A stretch of DNA of 61,043 nucleotides, the filler included, from an uncultured Methanosarcinales archaeon (GTDB lineage Archaea; Nanobdellota; Nanobdellia; Woesearchaeales; CAZPJY01): the NCBI GenBank assembly GCA_964587045.1. It is 4 parts of 4 records of this genome, joined end to end, with 100 filler letters (N's around TTAATTAATTAA, not from the genome) between each part and the next. Parts side by side here need not be neighbours in the genome. Positions count along the whole stretch, not along the records: positions 1 to 21,354 come from CAZPJY010000031.1; 3 more parts are not named here. One strand, given 5' to 3'. The notes beneath the pieces were generated by a model that saw nothing but the letters and a program-made list of their open reading frames with translations, did not search any database and was not told the origin of the DNA. The translations under genes and the position numbers were made by a program. Shown in pieces: positions 1-11,300 of the stretch. The first letter of the stretch is position 1, and every line of letters starts with the position of its first letter.

Positions 1-362
1 TGCTAAACCTCTATCGGCTATGCAAAGTCCATGATATACCTGAGAGCTACCTAGACTACTGGAGGTTGGTCATTATCTTTCAGTATCCATTCAGATTTCA
101 GCAGGTCGAATGCTTTCGCTTCCTTCTCGTGAAGGCGGTCCTTGTGCTTCTCGAGTCCTACTTCCTGCCCGGGTACGTAGTAGAGGGGGGAACCGCCCAC
201 TTTCACGTGTGATACCTTAACGAGGTTTGCAGAGACAAGCTGGGAGAGGTATGCAGAGGCTATTAATATCTCGAGACCCAGTGCTTTTCTAACATCGACT
301 GGGAGAACCGGCCCCCTCGTCTTGATTACCCTGAGAACCTCATCTTTTTGGTCGACTACCAT
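1..362 (-). CDS. Hypothetical protein (wHTH-like N-terminus), runs off the window; in-frame TAGs near the edge
   Basis: ORF 51..362. The frame continues protein-like past the TAG (VV*VALRYIMDFA*PIEV*) to the window edge. Confidence 0.55.
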
Positions 363-396
363 TCGTTTTCAGCATACCAGGAATTTTATAAAAATG

Positions 397-927
397 TTAT
401 GGACGCAGCCACTTAATCTCGTAGAAAGTGACATCATTCTCATCATCGACAATCCCTATCATGAGCCGCTTCTTCGTGCTGTGCGCCACGCGGTTCTTCG
501 CCGCGAACTCATGCCAGGTCAGGGTTGATCCCTCCTTAACTGGATAAACCACCCACCTGGCGTGGTCATCGCCGGGTTTCACGCCGCGGTCGTAGACCCT
601 GAAATCCGCACCGAATTTAAGGGCTGTCTTGACCACGTATCCCCGCTCCCTTAAATCCCTGAATACGCAATAACGGGCCCAGAAGTTGGGTTCCTTTCTT
701 ACAGCCTTCCTGATGTAGGACTCCTTTGCTATCTCCCTATTCCTCCCGTCCAGAATTTTCAGCCGTGTCTTCTCCAATAGGTATAAGGCTTCTATCAGGG
801 AAAGGTGAAGCTGCTTGTCCTCTCCAATGGATCCGTAGCCGTTCTGAGCGTGAAGATTCCTGGCCTCGTCACCTTCGCATACGACTTCCTCCCCTAAAAG
901 AGTGCCCTGTGCTCTGTTTCTCACCAT
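397..927 (-). CDS. endA: tRNA-intron endonuclease
   Basis: LSLIEALYL and VVKTALKFGADFRVYDRG..H motifs, RVAHSTKK. ATG at 927 is preceded by a TTTAAA box. Confidence 0.93.
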   Translation of the reverse strand: MVRNRAQGTLLGEEVVCEGDEARNLHAQNGYGSIGEDKQLHLSLIEALYLLEKTRLKILDGRNREIAKESYIRKAVRKEPNFWARYCVFRDLRERGYVVKTALKFGADFRVYDRGVKPGDDHARWVVYPVKEGSTLTWHEFAAKNRVAHSTKKRLMIGIVDDENDVTFYEIKWLRP

Positions 928-1027
928 GGCGGTAAGGATGTGCTGCAGCATTTAAATACCTTTTGGGCATTTATTTTCAATATTGAAAATAAATATCCTT
1001 ATAAACACACCCAGATTCACAGACAGC

Positions 1028-1939
1028 ATGATACTGACCTTTTTGGGAACCAGCTCAATGGTGCCGACCAAGGAGCGAAACGTAACCGGAATCTCGCTAG
1101 AGTATAAAGGGGAAGTAATCCTCTTCGACTGCGGAGAAGGAACTCAGCGCCAGATGAATATCTGTGGCATCAACAGACAGAGGGTCACCAAGATACTGAT
1201 TACCCATTGGCACGGCGATCACGTCGGAGGCCTCATAGGCCTGATACAGACCATGAGCCAAGCCTTCCACCAGGACCCTGACAGGAGCCCAATCACAATA
1301 GTTGGGCCGAAGGGTACCAAGGAAAGGATGGACCACCTGCTGAAGATGACTTATTTTGACAACAAGATCAACCTGAAAATCCTTGAAATCGACCCAAAAG
1401 GAGTGGAGACCGTGCTCGAGACACAAGACTATGAGATAAAGGCTGGTTACGTGGAGCATTCTGTGCCCACTTTGGCCTACAGCTTCACAGAGAAGGAAAG
1501 GAGGAGGGTGCTGATGGCGAAATTGGCACAGAAAGGAGTCAGGCCAGGCCCCCACATCTCGAAACTCCAGCAGGGAAAGGACCTTGAGTACAAGGGAAAG
1601 ACCTACAGCGCAAAGGACTGGACTGTGATTGTTCCCCAAAAGAAACTGGCGTTGGTCCTTGACACGGTTCCATGCAAAAACGCGACCGAACTCGCCAAGG
1701 ATGCCGATGTCCTCATAACCGAGGCCAGCTTCACAACCCAGCACGAACACAAGGCAGAGGAATTCAAGCACATGACAGCCAAGTGGGCCGCCCAGCTGGC
1801 AAACCATGCCGGAGCGAAGAAACTCTATCTGACTCACTTCTCCCAACGGTACAAGAACTCTCTGGACGCCCAAGAAGAGGCCAACCAGTATTTCGATAAC
1901 GTTTTCTGCGCAGAAGACTTCATGCGCATAAAAATGTGA
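1028..1939 (+). CDS. rnz: Ribonuclease Z
   Basis: FLGTSSMVPT.ERN, FDCGEGTQRQ, THWHGDH metallo-beta-lactamase motif, THFSQRY. Confidence 0.95.
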   Translation: MILTFLGTSSMVPTKERNVTGISLEYKGEVILFDCGEGTQRQMNICGINRQRVTKILITHWHGDHVGGLIGLIQTMSQAFHQDPDRSPITIVGPKGTKERMDHLLKMTYFDNKINLKILEIDPKGVETVLETQDYEIKAGYVEHSVPTLAYSFTEKERRRVLMAKLAQKGVRPGPHISKLQQGKDLEYKGKTYSAKDWTVIVPQKKLALVLDTVPCKNATELAKDADVLITEASFTTQHEHKAEEFKHMTAKWAAQLANHAGAKKLYLTHFSQRYKNSLDAQEEANQYFDNVFCAEDFMRIKM

Positions 1940-1972
1940 AAGCTTAAATAGTGCAAAGCATGCTAGAATCGC

Positions 1973-2221
1973 ATGAAACAGATTGATGTCAAATCCTGCG
2001 CTCTCGCGTTCGGTTGCACATGGGCTGCCTTCGTCTTCTTCCATGGCCTGTGCGTCTGGCTGTTCGGTTGGGGAACAGAACTCCAAGCGGTGGTCTCGTC
2101 ACTGTACATAGGATTCTCCCCTGGCCTTTTAGGAAGCGTCATCGGCGCAATATGGGGTTTCCTCGACGGAGCGATATTCGGAGCGCTAGCCGCATGGATC
2201 TACAACAAGAGCAAGGGATAA
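1973..2221 (+). CDS. Small membrane protein, holin-like family
   Basis: 82 aa with two hydrophobic segments and the pattern LYIGF..G..G...G..WGFLDG.IFG.L.AWIYN. Confidence 0.65.
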   Translation: MKQIDVKSCALAFGCTWAAFVFFHGLCVWLFGWGTELQAVVSSLYIGFSPGLLGSVIGAIWGFLDGAIFGALAAWIYNKSKG

Positions 2222-2253
2222 GTTTAATAATTATCAACCCCTTAGTTGATTAA

Positions 2254-3117
2254 ATGACAATCAACCTAATGCTCCCTCTCGTAGGAGACAAGAAGTCGAC
2301 CAGGGACTACCTAGTCACCATACTCGGCGACGAATGGCCTCTCTCAATAAAAAGACTCCATAACATCATGAGGAAGAGGTACTCCTACAATGTCAGCTAC
2401 CAAGCGGTCTTCAAGACCGTCAAGGAGATGGTTTCACAAAAGATCCTCAAGGAGACCAAGGAAGGGTATTCCATAAACATGGAATGGATCAAGGACATAC
2501 ACGACCTAACAGAACGCATAAGGTCCAACTACTCAACCACCCAAAGGATGACTGCTGTGAAGGGAGTGATTGACACCAAGGTCAAAGACGACCTCATGGT
2601 GCTCACCTTCGAGACCCTATTCGATGTCGAGAAATACCTCTACTACCTCGAGAAGAACTTCCTGTTCAAATTCAAGGGACAGACTATATGCCGTGCATAT
2701 CATCACGACTGGAAATTCTGGTTCTATACCCGGGCTGAGCACAACCGCATGAAGCTGCTGTCAACAACCAAATCCGAACTCCTCTGCCTGTGTGAAGGCT
2801 CGACCGTGCTCGACCGCAAAGCCGCCGAGTTCTACAATAAATACGACAAGGTGAAGGTCATAACGGGCGTTCCGCTGGCAGGAGGGATCCACACAGAGGT
2901 CTTCGGGCCGTACCATATCCAAATCATACTTCAACCCGAGCTCCTAGCTGCGCTTGAAAAGCTCTTCAGGATGACAAAATCAGTGAAGAATCTCGACTAC
3001 CCCAAGTTCATCGAAACCCTCGAGAAAAAATCGGAGATACGGGTCATAATCACCGAAAACAGGGCAGTCGCAGACGAGATTAAGAAAAAGATGCTCACTG
3101 CTGCACGGCAAGCTTGA
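2254..3117 (+). CDS. Hypothetical protein with N-terminal winged-helix domain (putative regulator)
   Basis: EWPLSIKRLHN...VSYQAVFK..KE wHTH-like segment. Confidence 0.6.
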   Translation: MTINLMLPLVGDKKSTRDYLVTILGDEWPLSIKRLHNIMRKRYSYNVSYQAVFKTVKEMVSQKILKETKEGYSINMEWIKDIHDLTERIRSNYSTTQRMTAVKGVIDTKVKDDLMVLTFETLFDVEKYLYYLEKNFLFKFKGQTICRAYHHDWKFWFYTRAEHNRMKLLSTTKSELLCLCEGSTVLDRKAAEFYNKYDKVKVITGVPLAGGIHTEVFGPYHIQIILQPELLAALEKLFRMTKSVKNLDYPKFIETLEKKSEIRVIITENRAVADEIKKKMLTAARQA

Positions 3118-3304
3118 TATCGCTGGCCTTGACGGTCTTCCTGCCCGCGTGATGCGCATATTTTATTGCAAGCTGGGCGATTTCCGAAGCTATGTTCTCC
3201 ATCTTATCACGAAGAGCCGCCTTTGCACTTTCTGAAACCCGGTCAGCCCCGGCGTTTTTCAGCAGTTTCTCCATTGCCGCGAGCGGAATTCCTCTCTTTG
3301 CCAT
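3095..3304 (-). CDS. Archaeal histone
   Basis: IPLAAMEKLLKNAGADRVS...HAGRKTVKASDI histone fold. Confidence 0.95.
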   Translation of the reverse strand: MAKRGIPLAAMEKLLKNAGADRVSESAKAALRDKMENIASEIAQLAIKYAHHAGRKTVKASDIKLAVQQ

Positions 3305-3456
3305 GATTAACCCCCCATAACTTTTGAAAACTAAGAATCGGGATGCATTATTTAAAATTTTGGGTCAAATTGCCCTATCTGGTTGAAAGGGGCTTTAAAA
3401 TCTTGTCTGTTGGGTTAAGGATACGTTTAAATAGCTCTGAGATTATCGCTAGGCAG

Positions 3457-3861
3457 ATGAACAGGAAGTCGAAGGGCACTGCAGCAGAAAGGGAGCTCGT
3501 TAACCTATTCTGGGCCGGATCCTGGGCTTGTATCCGGGTCGCAGGAAGCGGTTCGGTCAGGCATCCCTCCCCTGATCTCCTGGCAGGCCAGGGGCATCGA
3601 ACTCTGGCAATCGAAGTAAAGGCCAGCCGGAGCAGGAGCGTCTACCTCTCTAAAGAGGAAATCAGGGACTTGATCAGCTTCTCGGCAATGTTCGGAGCTG
3701 AACCTTGGGTCGGAATCAGGTTCGACAGGGTCGGATGGTATTTCATCACGCCCGAAGACATGGTCGAGACACCATCCCATTTCGTCGCCTCGTTAGAAAA
3801 AGTACGGATGACAGGTCTACTCTTCGAGGAGCTCACCACATCCAAGGGTACGCGTGCCTGA
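3457..3861 (+). CDS. hjc: Holliday junction resolvase
   Basis: KG..AEREL, RVAGSGS, PDLLA, IEVK nuclease motif. Start moved to ATG 3457. Confidence 0.92.
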   Translation: MNRKSKGTAAERELVNLFWAGSWACIRVAGSGSVRHPSPDLLAGQGHRTLAIEVKASRSRSVYLSKEEIRDLISFSAMFGAEPWVGIRFDRVGWYFITPEDMVETPSHFVASLEKVRMTGLLFEELTTSKGTRA

Positions 3862-4696
3862 CTTCCTCCAAGAACAGGGAGGGCCTCATTACACCCAATT
3901 CTGATATAATGCCCGCAATCAGTCCTGGATCGACGAGCTCGAAAGCTGGGTTTTGTATGATCACACCTTTAGGGGGGTTCTCCCAGACCTCTTCCTTCTT
4001 CCTCTCCTCTATCGGCTCAGGCTCGCCGTATATCGTCTTGGGATCGAACTTCCAGGAATCAGTGCAAACATAAACGGGCGTGGAAAGCCGCTGGGCGGCT
4101 TCAGCGATCAGCTCAGTACCAATCTTGTTCGCCACTTTGCCTTCAGATGTGATGGCGTCGCAGCCGAACAACGCCATATCTGCCTTCTTCAAGCCCAGCC
4201 TCGCGGCGCTGTCCACCATGTGGTGGACCTCGATACCCAAGGAAGAGAGCTCCTCTGCAGTGAGCCTCCCCTGGAATTTCGGACGTGTCTCCGTATTGTA
4301 GACCTGAAAACTCTTGCCGCCTTCCCATGCTAGCTTCAGTATCCCAACAACAGTTGTGGAATGGCAGTGGGTGAATATCTTCATACCGTTCTTAATCTTC
4401 CTTGCCCCGTGAGCTGCTATCTTCTTTTCAGCCTCCTCGAAATGGCTAATCGCGCCTTCGACTCTTTTAAGAGTTTCCTCCCTGTTCTTTTGAACGCAAT
4501 AGGCAAGGGCGTTGAAGAGACAAGGTTCAGTAGGCCTCGCAGCGATCAGGTCTTTTCTAAGCGCTTCCATTCGCTCAGAAAACTCGTTAAGCTGACATTC
4601 CTTCGCCACTTGACCGAGCAGGGTTATTCCTGCTGTGGCGATGCGTTCAGCACCTTGGATGCGAAGTTCTCGTATATCCTCTATGATATTATTCAT
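3833..4696 (-). CDS. Ribose-1,5-bisphosphate isomerase (eIF-2B family)
   Basis: IQGA, RPTEP, THCHS, ETRP.FQG, GCDAI, NKIGT. Confidence 0.85.
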   Translation of the reverse strand: MNNIIEDIRELRIQGAERIATAGITLLGQVAKECQLNEFSERMEALRKDLIAARPTEPCLFNALAYCVQKNREETLKRVEGAISHFEEAEKKIAAHGARKIKNGMKIFTHCHSTTVVGILKLAWEGGKSFQVYNTETRPKFQGRLTAEELSSLGIEVHHMVDSAARLGLKKADMALFGCDAITSEGKVANKIGTELIAEAAQRLSTPVYVCTDSWKFDPKTIYGEPEPIEERKKEEVWENPPKGVIIQNPAFELVDPGLIAGIISELGVMRPSLFLEEVRHAYPWMW

Positions 4697-4717
4697 GAGA
4701 ATGAGAAAAGGAAAGAA

Positions 4718-4924
4718 TTATTTTTTCTTGGTAATCTTCTTGACCGCGCTCTCAATCTTGAGTTCCTCAGTCGCGATTTTTTTCGTGATTGACTCGATGT
4801 TACCGTCCATTCTCGCGATGCGCCTCTCGAGAAGCACCAGGATCCTCAGGCTGTACACAATTGCTGCCAGAGTTCCAATAATTATCGCCAGAATGACTGT
4901 ATCCAGTTGAGCTGCCATGGACAT
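4718..4924 (-). CDS. Small membrane-anchored coiled-coil protein
   Basis: One TM segment then a charged helix; GGAGGT Shine-Dalgarno upstream. Confidence 0.65.
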   Translation of the reverse strand: MSMAAQLDTVILAIIIGTLAAIVYSLRILVLLERRIARMDGNIESITKKIATEELKIESAVKKITKKK

Positions 4925-5134
4925 CTACCTCCTTTTTTGGGAAACGTGTTAGTGCTTTTATAGGGGTAGTAGTATAAAAACTTTTCTCTCCTAGAGGTGT
5001 TTATCCTGCGAAGTTGCCCCGTCGGAGTGATTTATAAAAATTGTGTCTGGTTGAAAAATTATTCCGGATGCGTGAGTGGATATTTACGCGGGTGAGCATA
5101 TTCTAGCCTCCACATGCTTGGTTATCCCAAAATA

Positions 5135-5670
5135 CCCACCCCTTCATTTCCTATGGAGGGGTCGTTTGGGTTTGAGGGCGTATCCTCCTCTGCCTTAGAA
5201 AGCTAATACACACAAGATGTCTGCGTTGGATGATTACGGACAGAAGTTTTCTATAGTCTTTAATATATTTCATATAATATATTATAATAAATATATATTA
5301 ATTAATAATTACTGGAATAATTATATGGTTTTACTATATTATTATTTATTTATTTTCTATATTGAAAATAAATAATAAATATCGACGATTTCTCGTCGAG
5401 AAATTCAGATTAACTCATAAACTCCTTATTTATATTATTTTGATTAGAATTTACCATATTTATCTATCTAAGAATTGATGATCCTTATTTCAACACAATC
5501 CAACCTTAAAGAACTGAATCAGAAATTTGCCTTCTGAATCCATCAGCGGCCATTCTAGCGAAATTTCAAACACTAACCAGAATAAATGAACATTTTTTCC
5601 AAAGGAAACAAAGGGGTGGGGGGTTTTGTTTCAAATGAAAAAATATTTATACCCTTATTTCATTTGGAAC
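5135..5670. other. Replication origin (oriC): ORB boxes flanking an AT-rich unwinding element
   Basis: ORB-like TCCATAGGAAATGAAGGGGTGGG (- strand, 5135-5157), TTCCAAAGGAAACAAAGGGGTGGGGGG (+, 5597-5623) and GTTCCAAATGAAATAAGGGT (-, 5651-5670). Very AT-rich ~5255-5490; directly upstream of cdc6. Confidence 0.88.
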
Positions 5671-5674
5671 TCGC

Positions 5675-6883
5675 ATGGTTCAGAAGGGGTTAACGACTTT
5701 TTTTGAGAAGTACTTAACAAAAGAGCCCTTATTTCTCAATAAGAAGGTCTTACAGTCCTCCTACACCCCAGAAACCATCCTTCACAGAGACAACGAGATT
5801 AACCAACTTGCAAGCATCCTTGCTCCAGCGCTGAGAAACGAGCGCCCTTCAAACATATTCATTTATGGCAAGACAGGAACGGGCAAAACCTTATCGGTGA
5901 AGTACACCACTTCCCAGATCGCCGATCTCGCCGGCTCAAGGGAGCTGCCGGTCAAAGTATTCTACATCAACTGCAAGCTCAAAAGGATGGCTGACACAGA
6001 ATACAGGCTTATCGCACATTTGGCAAGGGAGATGGGACAGGACATACCATCCACGGGCCTCCCAACAGAGGAAGTATACCGTATCTTCTATCATCACCTA
6101 GACCAAAAGGAGCAGGTCATATTGCTAGTACTCGATGAGCTCGACCACCTAGTAAAGAAGGTCGGTGACGGTATACTGTACAACCTGACAAGAATCAATA
6201 CGGAACTGTCAAATGCGCAGCTATCCTTGATAGGCATATCAAATGATGTTATCTTTACCAACACTTTGGACCCCCGAGTCAAGTCCTCTCTTTCCGAAGA
6301 GGAAATCATGTTCTCACCCTACAATGCCATCCAGCTCCAGCACATCTTGCGCAGGAGGGCCAAGAACGCCTTCAAAGGATCCGTCCTTGACAACGGCGTC
6401 ATTGAGAAATGCGCGGCCTTCGCGGCCAGGGAGCATGGGGATGCGCGGAGGGCATTGGAGCTCCTGAGAGTCGCAGGGGAGATTGCGGAGAGAAAGGGGT
6501 TCTCCAAGGTCAAGATTGAACACATTGACGAAGCAGAGGACAAGATAGACAGGGACCGGATGGTGGATGTAGTCCAGCACCAGCCGAAACAGTTCCAGAT
6601 CACCCTCTACGCGATTCTTGCGATATACCAAAAGAGGAAGGATATCATCTTCACGGGCGAGGCGTATGAGCTGTACAAGGGGCTATGCCTGCAGTTGGGC
6701 TTCCGGCCCCTGACGCAGAGAAGGGTATCGGATCTGATATCAGAGATGGACATGCTGGGCCTGATCAATGCCAAGGTCATATCCAAAGGGAGATACGGCC
6801 GCACGAGGGAAATAGGGCTGTCACTGCCCGAATCAACTGTTACCAAGGTACTCACCATACTAAAGGAAGATCTGAACATATGA
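5675..6883 (+). CDS. cdc6: Orc1/Cdc6 replication initiator
   Basis: Walker A GKTGTGKT, Walker B LVLDELD, GDARRAL, C-terminal wHTH with SKGRYGRT. Confidence 0.97.
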   Translation: MVQKGLTTFFEKYLTKEPLFLNKKVLQSSYTPETILHRDNEINQLASILAPALRNERPSNIFIYGKTGTGKTLSVKYTTSQIADLAGSRELPVKVFYINCKLKRMADTEYRLIAHLAREMGQDIPSTGLPTEEVYRIFYHHLDQKEQVILLVLDELDHLVKKVGDGILYNLTRINTELSNAQLSLIGISNDVIFTNTLDPRVKSSLSEEEIMFSPYNAIQLQHILRRRAKNAFKGSVLDNGVIEKCAAFAAREHGDARRALELLRVAGEIAERKGFSKVKIEHIDEAEDKIDRDRMVDVVQHQPKQFQITLYAILAIYQKRKDIIFTGEAYELYKGLCLQLGFRPLTQRRVSDLISEMDMLGLINAKVISKGRYGRTREIGLSLPESTVTKVLTILKEDLNI

Positions 6884-6893
6884 GTGGAAATAA

Positions 6894-8354
6894 GTGAAAA
6901 CAGACCAGTTACTCACCGGAAAGGAAGGTTTCATAGAGCTCTGCTTGGAGAAGGGAATCCTCCCCAGCCCTGACCTGCTGGATGTGATAAAAGATTTGGA
7001 AGAGCTGACCGAAGTCCTCTCCTCCGCTGAAGGCGAGACCTTCTTGACCCCTCAGAAGTACAGGAGCTTCCTTGAGCCTGAGAAGCAAGTTACATCTTAC
7101 AAAGGCAAGGTGAGGGTTCTCGTCAATTACGGAGATGACTCAAAGAAGAGGGAGCTAAAGAACTTTGTCACCCATTTCACCAAGAGGTACCGGGCAATCT
7201 CTGCCATACTCGCCCAGAGGCCCGAACTGCAGAACATGGTCAGCATAAGCAGGCTCAAGGGAAGGAACGACAACGTCGCTTTCGTTGGCATGGTCATGGA
7301 AAAATCCTACTCAAAGAATGACAACCTGATATTAACTGTGGAGGACCCTTCCGGCAGCATCAAGGTCGTGGTAAACAAGAACCGCCCGGAGATGTTCGAG
7401 GCCTGCAAGGACATAGTTTACGATGAGGTGATGGGATTCTCAGGTATGGCCAAGGACACGGTCGTGTTCGCAAACAGCGTGTTCTGGCCTGATACTCCTA
7501 TCCATAAAGAGATAAAGACGGCACCAACAGAAGCGTACGCTGTCTTCCTCTCAGACCTTCATGTAGGCTCCAAGGATTTCTTGCCCAACGAGTTCGAGAG
7601 GTTCCTCTCATGGATAAATGGCGAAGCCGGTGACGATAAGCAAAGGGATATAGCATCCAAGATACAGTATGTCTTCATAGTGGGCGACTTGGTCGACGGC
7701 GTAGGGGTCTACCCCGGCCAGGAAGAAGATCTGGAAATAAAAGATATCAAGGAACAGTACAGCATGTGTGCGGATTATCTTAGGAGGATACCAAATCACA
7801 TGCAGATAATGATAATACCCGGAAACCATGACGCCATGAGACTCGCAGAGCCCCAGCCGGCGCTCTACAAGGACTTCGCGAGCCCGCTGTATGATATGCC
7901 GAACGTGATCATGCTCTCGAACCCATCCATGGTAAATATTGCCGCCGAAGAGGGATTCTCGGGAATAGACGTCCTCCTCTACCACGGCTATAGCTTTGAC
8001 TACTACTTCGCGAACGTCGACTCCATCCGACTGAAGGGCGGCTACGACAGGGCCGACCTGATTATGAAATTCCTCCTCCAGAGGCGCCATCTCGCGCCTA
8101 CGCACGCTTCGACAGTCTACGTGCCCAACGATGAGTTAGACGCGCTAGTCGTCGATAAGGTCCCGGACATATTCGCGACAGGGCACATACACAAGAGCTC
8201 GGTCTCGAACTATAGGGGGATAACCCTCCTCTCGGGATCCTGCTGGCAGGGCAAGACCGCCTTCCAAGAGAAAGTGGGACACAACCCCGAGCCCTGTAGG
8301 GTGCCCATAATCAACCTAAAAACAAGGGATGTGAAGATACTCAAGTTCAACTGA
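6894..8354 (+). CDS. polB: DNA polymerase D small (proofreading) subunit DP1
   Basis: OB fold then phosphoesterase motifs SDLHVGS, GDLVDG, GNHD, YHG, GHIH. Confidence 0.94.
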   Translation: MKTDQLLTGKEGFIELCLEKGILPSPDLLDVIKDLEELTEVLSSAEGETFLTPQKYRSFLEPEKQVTSYKGKVRVLVNYGDDSKKRELKNFVTHFTKRYRAISAILAQRPELQNMVSISRLKGRNDNVAFVGMVMEKSYSKNDNLILTVEDPSGSIKVVVNKNRPEMFEACKDIVYDEVMGFSGMAKDTVVFANSVFWPDTPIHKEIKTAPTEAYAVFLSDLHVGSKDFLPNEFERFLSWINGEAGDDKQRDIASKIQYVFIVGDLVDGVGVYPGQEEDLEIKDIKEQYSMCADYLRRIPNHMQIMIIPGNHDAMRLAEPQPALYKDFASPLYDMPNVIMLSNPSMVNIAAEEGFSGIDVLLYHGYSFDYYFANVDSIRLKGGYDRADLIMKFLLQRRHLAPTHASTVYVPNDELDALVVDKVPDIFATGHIHKSSVSNYRGITLLSGSCWQGKTAFQEKVGHNPEPCRVPIINLKTRDVKILKFN

Positions 8355-8357
8355 AAA

Positions 8358-11300
8358 ATGGCACATGCATCACCAGAGATGGAAAAGTACTTCGTGCAGC
8401 TTCGGGAAGAGCTCGACAAGGCTTACAAAATAGCCACGAGGGCGCGCAAGAAGGGCATGGATCCCGAAGACTACGTCGACGTCAGGCTGGCGGAGAACAT
8501 GGCGGAGCGCGTCGAAGGGCTCATATCAGACGTCGCACCGCAGCTCGTTGGCACAGGCATGACCAACAGGATATACGAATTGGAGGAAAAGTACGGCAAG
8601 GGGGCCTGGCAGATTGCCTTAATCATAGCTAAGGAAATAGCACAGGAGAAATACTGCTCTTTTGAGGATAAGAGGGAAGCCATGGAGGTTGGCATCCGTG
8701 CAGGATTCTCGTACATAACGAACGGCCTTGTCTCTGCACCGCTCGAGGGCTTCACCGAACTCGTGATAAAGAAGAGGGGGGATGGCAAAGAGTACCTGTC
8801 GTTGAAGTATTCAGGCCCGGTTAGGGGTGCTGGTGGGACCGGCGCTTCAGTCTCGGTTCTAATCGCTGACTATGTTAGGAAAGAGATGGGCTACGCCCCT
8901 TACGACCCGACAGAGAAGGAGGTCAGCAGATATGTAACGGAGATCAAGGATTACCATGAGAGGGTAACCAACCTGCAGTACCTCCCATCAGATGATGAAG
9001 TCCGCTTCCTTGCGAGCCATATCCCAGTCGAGATCAGCGGGGACCCGACAGAGAAGTTTGAGGTAAGCAACTACAAAGACCTCCCGAGGGTTGAGACCAA
9101 CCGGATCAGGGGGGGTGTGTGCCTGGTAATGGCGGAAGGGCTCGCCCAGAAATCTCCAAAGCTTTGGGGACGCCTCTCGAAATGGGGAAAGGATTTCGGG
9201 CTGCAATGGGATTTCCTAGAAGAGTTCCTGACACTCCAGAAACGCATGAAAGCCAAACAGAAAGGCAATGTGAAAATCGAGACAGCGAAGCTGACTCCCA
9301 ACCACACTTTCATCGCAGACCTGGTGGCAGGAAGGCCCGTGCTCACACATCCAATGAGGAAGAGGGGGTTCCGTCTGAGGTACGGCAGGAGCAGGATATC
9401 CGGATTCTCTGCTGCCTCAATACATCCTGCGACGATGCAATTGCTCGACGGCTACATAGCGACTGGCACCCAGCTGAAGGTCGAAAGGCCTGGCAAGGCC
9501 GCTGCCATCACACCTTGCGACTCGATAGATGGACCAATTGTGCGCCTCAAAGACGGCGGCGTCCGCATCCTGCAAAGCGAGGCTGACTACAAGGAGGTCA
9601 AGGGTGAGGTCGAACACATAATCTTCCTTGGAGACATACTCTTCAACTACGGGGATTTCGCCGTCAACAACCACAAGCTCATCCCTTCAGGTTACTGTGA
9701 GGAGTGGTGGGTGCAGGAGATAGAGCGCGCTACTGTCGACATGTTTGGGTCGTTGGACTACGAGAAGCTTTCAGACCTGGTCGATATACCTCCCGAGAGC
9801 CTCTCGACTCTGATGAGGAGCCCTTACAGGACCAAGATATCAGCCAATGCGGCCATCTCGGTATCGCAGAAGCTCAAGGTCCCGTTTCATCCCAAGCACA
9901 CGTTCTACTGGTCCACTATTGACGTCTCGGACCTCAAGAAGCTCTTCCCTTGGGTGCAGGGCATGAGAGTGCATCGCGAAGGCGAGAAGGTGACTCACGG
10001 GACGCTGCCTTTGATGCAGGAAGAAAAAAGGGTGCTTGAGCTACTGGGCGTTCCTCATATGGTAGTCCTCAAGGAGCACGTACGCCTGGAAAAGGACGTC
10101 GCTTTGGCACTGCTAGCAAACCTGGGCATACTTGACAGGTCTTCGGCTGAGGAGAAGGGAAGAATACTGGAAGAGTACGAGGGGACCGACACTTTGGAGG
10201 CCGTAAACAAGATATCTTCCGTATTCATAAGGGACCGGGCAGGAACCTTCATAGGGGCAAGGATGGGAAGGCCGGAGAAGGCCAAGATGAGGAAGTTGAC
10301 TGGCAGTCCGCACGTCCTGTTCCCAGTGAGCGAGGAAGGCGGCCGTCTTAGGAGCTTCCAGGCCGCACTCGAAGAGGGCAAGATCACTGCTGAGATAATA
10401 CAGTACAGGTGCACCAAATGTGGCAAGACAACCCATTATCCGTCCTGCTGCGGCAGGAGGGCGGAAAAGAGTGGAGTGTGCCAGGTTTGCGGGTTCGTCG
10501 GCGACGAATGCCCCAGACACGGCGAGACCAAGTCCTACAAGCAGACGGAGATCGACATAAGGAAGATGTTCAACGACGCATTGGCCAAGCTAGACATGCA
10601 CCTCTATCCGGATCTGATAAAAGGCGTCAGGGGAACTTCGAACAAGGACCACATCCCAGAGAACATAGCGAAGGGGATCCTGCGGGCGAAGCACGAGATC
10701 TACGTAAACAAGGACGGGACAACGAGGTATGACATGTCCGAACTGCCTGTTACACACTTCAAGCCTTCAGAGGTCGGAACCTCCGTAGAGAAGCTCAATG
10801 AGATGGGGTATACCAAGGACATCCATGGCAAGGACTTGACTGACAAGGACCAAATCCTCGAGTTGAAGGCTCAGGATGTGATCCTTCCGGACTGCCAGGG
10901 GACCCTGGATGAGATGTCCTCAGATGTCCTGTCAAGGATTGCGGCCTTCGTCGACGACCTGCTGGTGAGGTTCTACGATCTCGAGCCTTATTACAATATT
11001 GGGTCGAAGGAGGATTTAGTCGGCCACCTGGTCATCGGTCTGGCCCCGCATACCTCGGCAGGGATTCTCGGAAGGATTGTTGGTTTTTCCAAGACTCAAG
11101 GTTGCTTTGCGCACCCACTGTGGCATTCTGCCATGCGGAGGGACTGCGACGGAGATGAGAACTGTGTGATACTCCTGATGGACGCCCTCTTGAACTTCTC
11201 AAGGCAGTTCCTGCCTGACAAGAGGGGAAGCAGGACGATGGATGCGCCGCTGGTGCTCACATGCAAGCTGATCCCCTCAGAAGTCGATGACATGGTTTTC

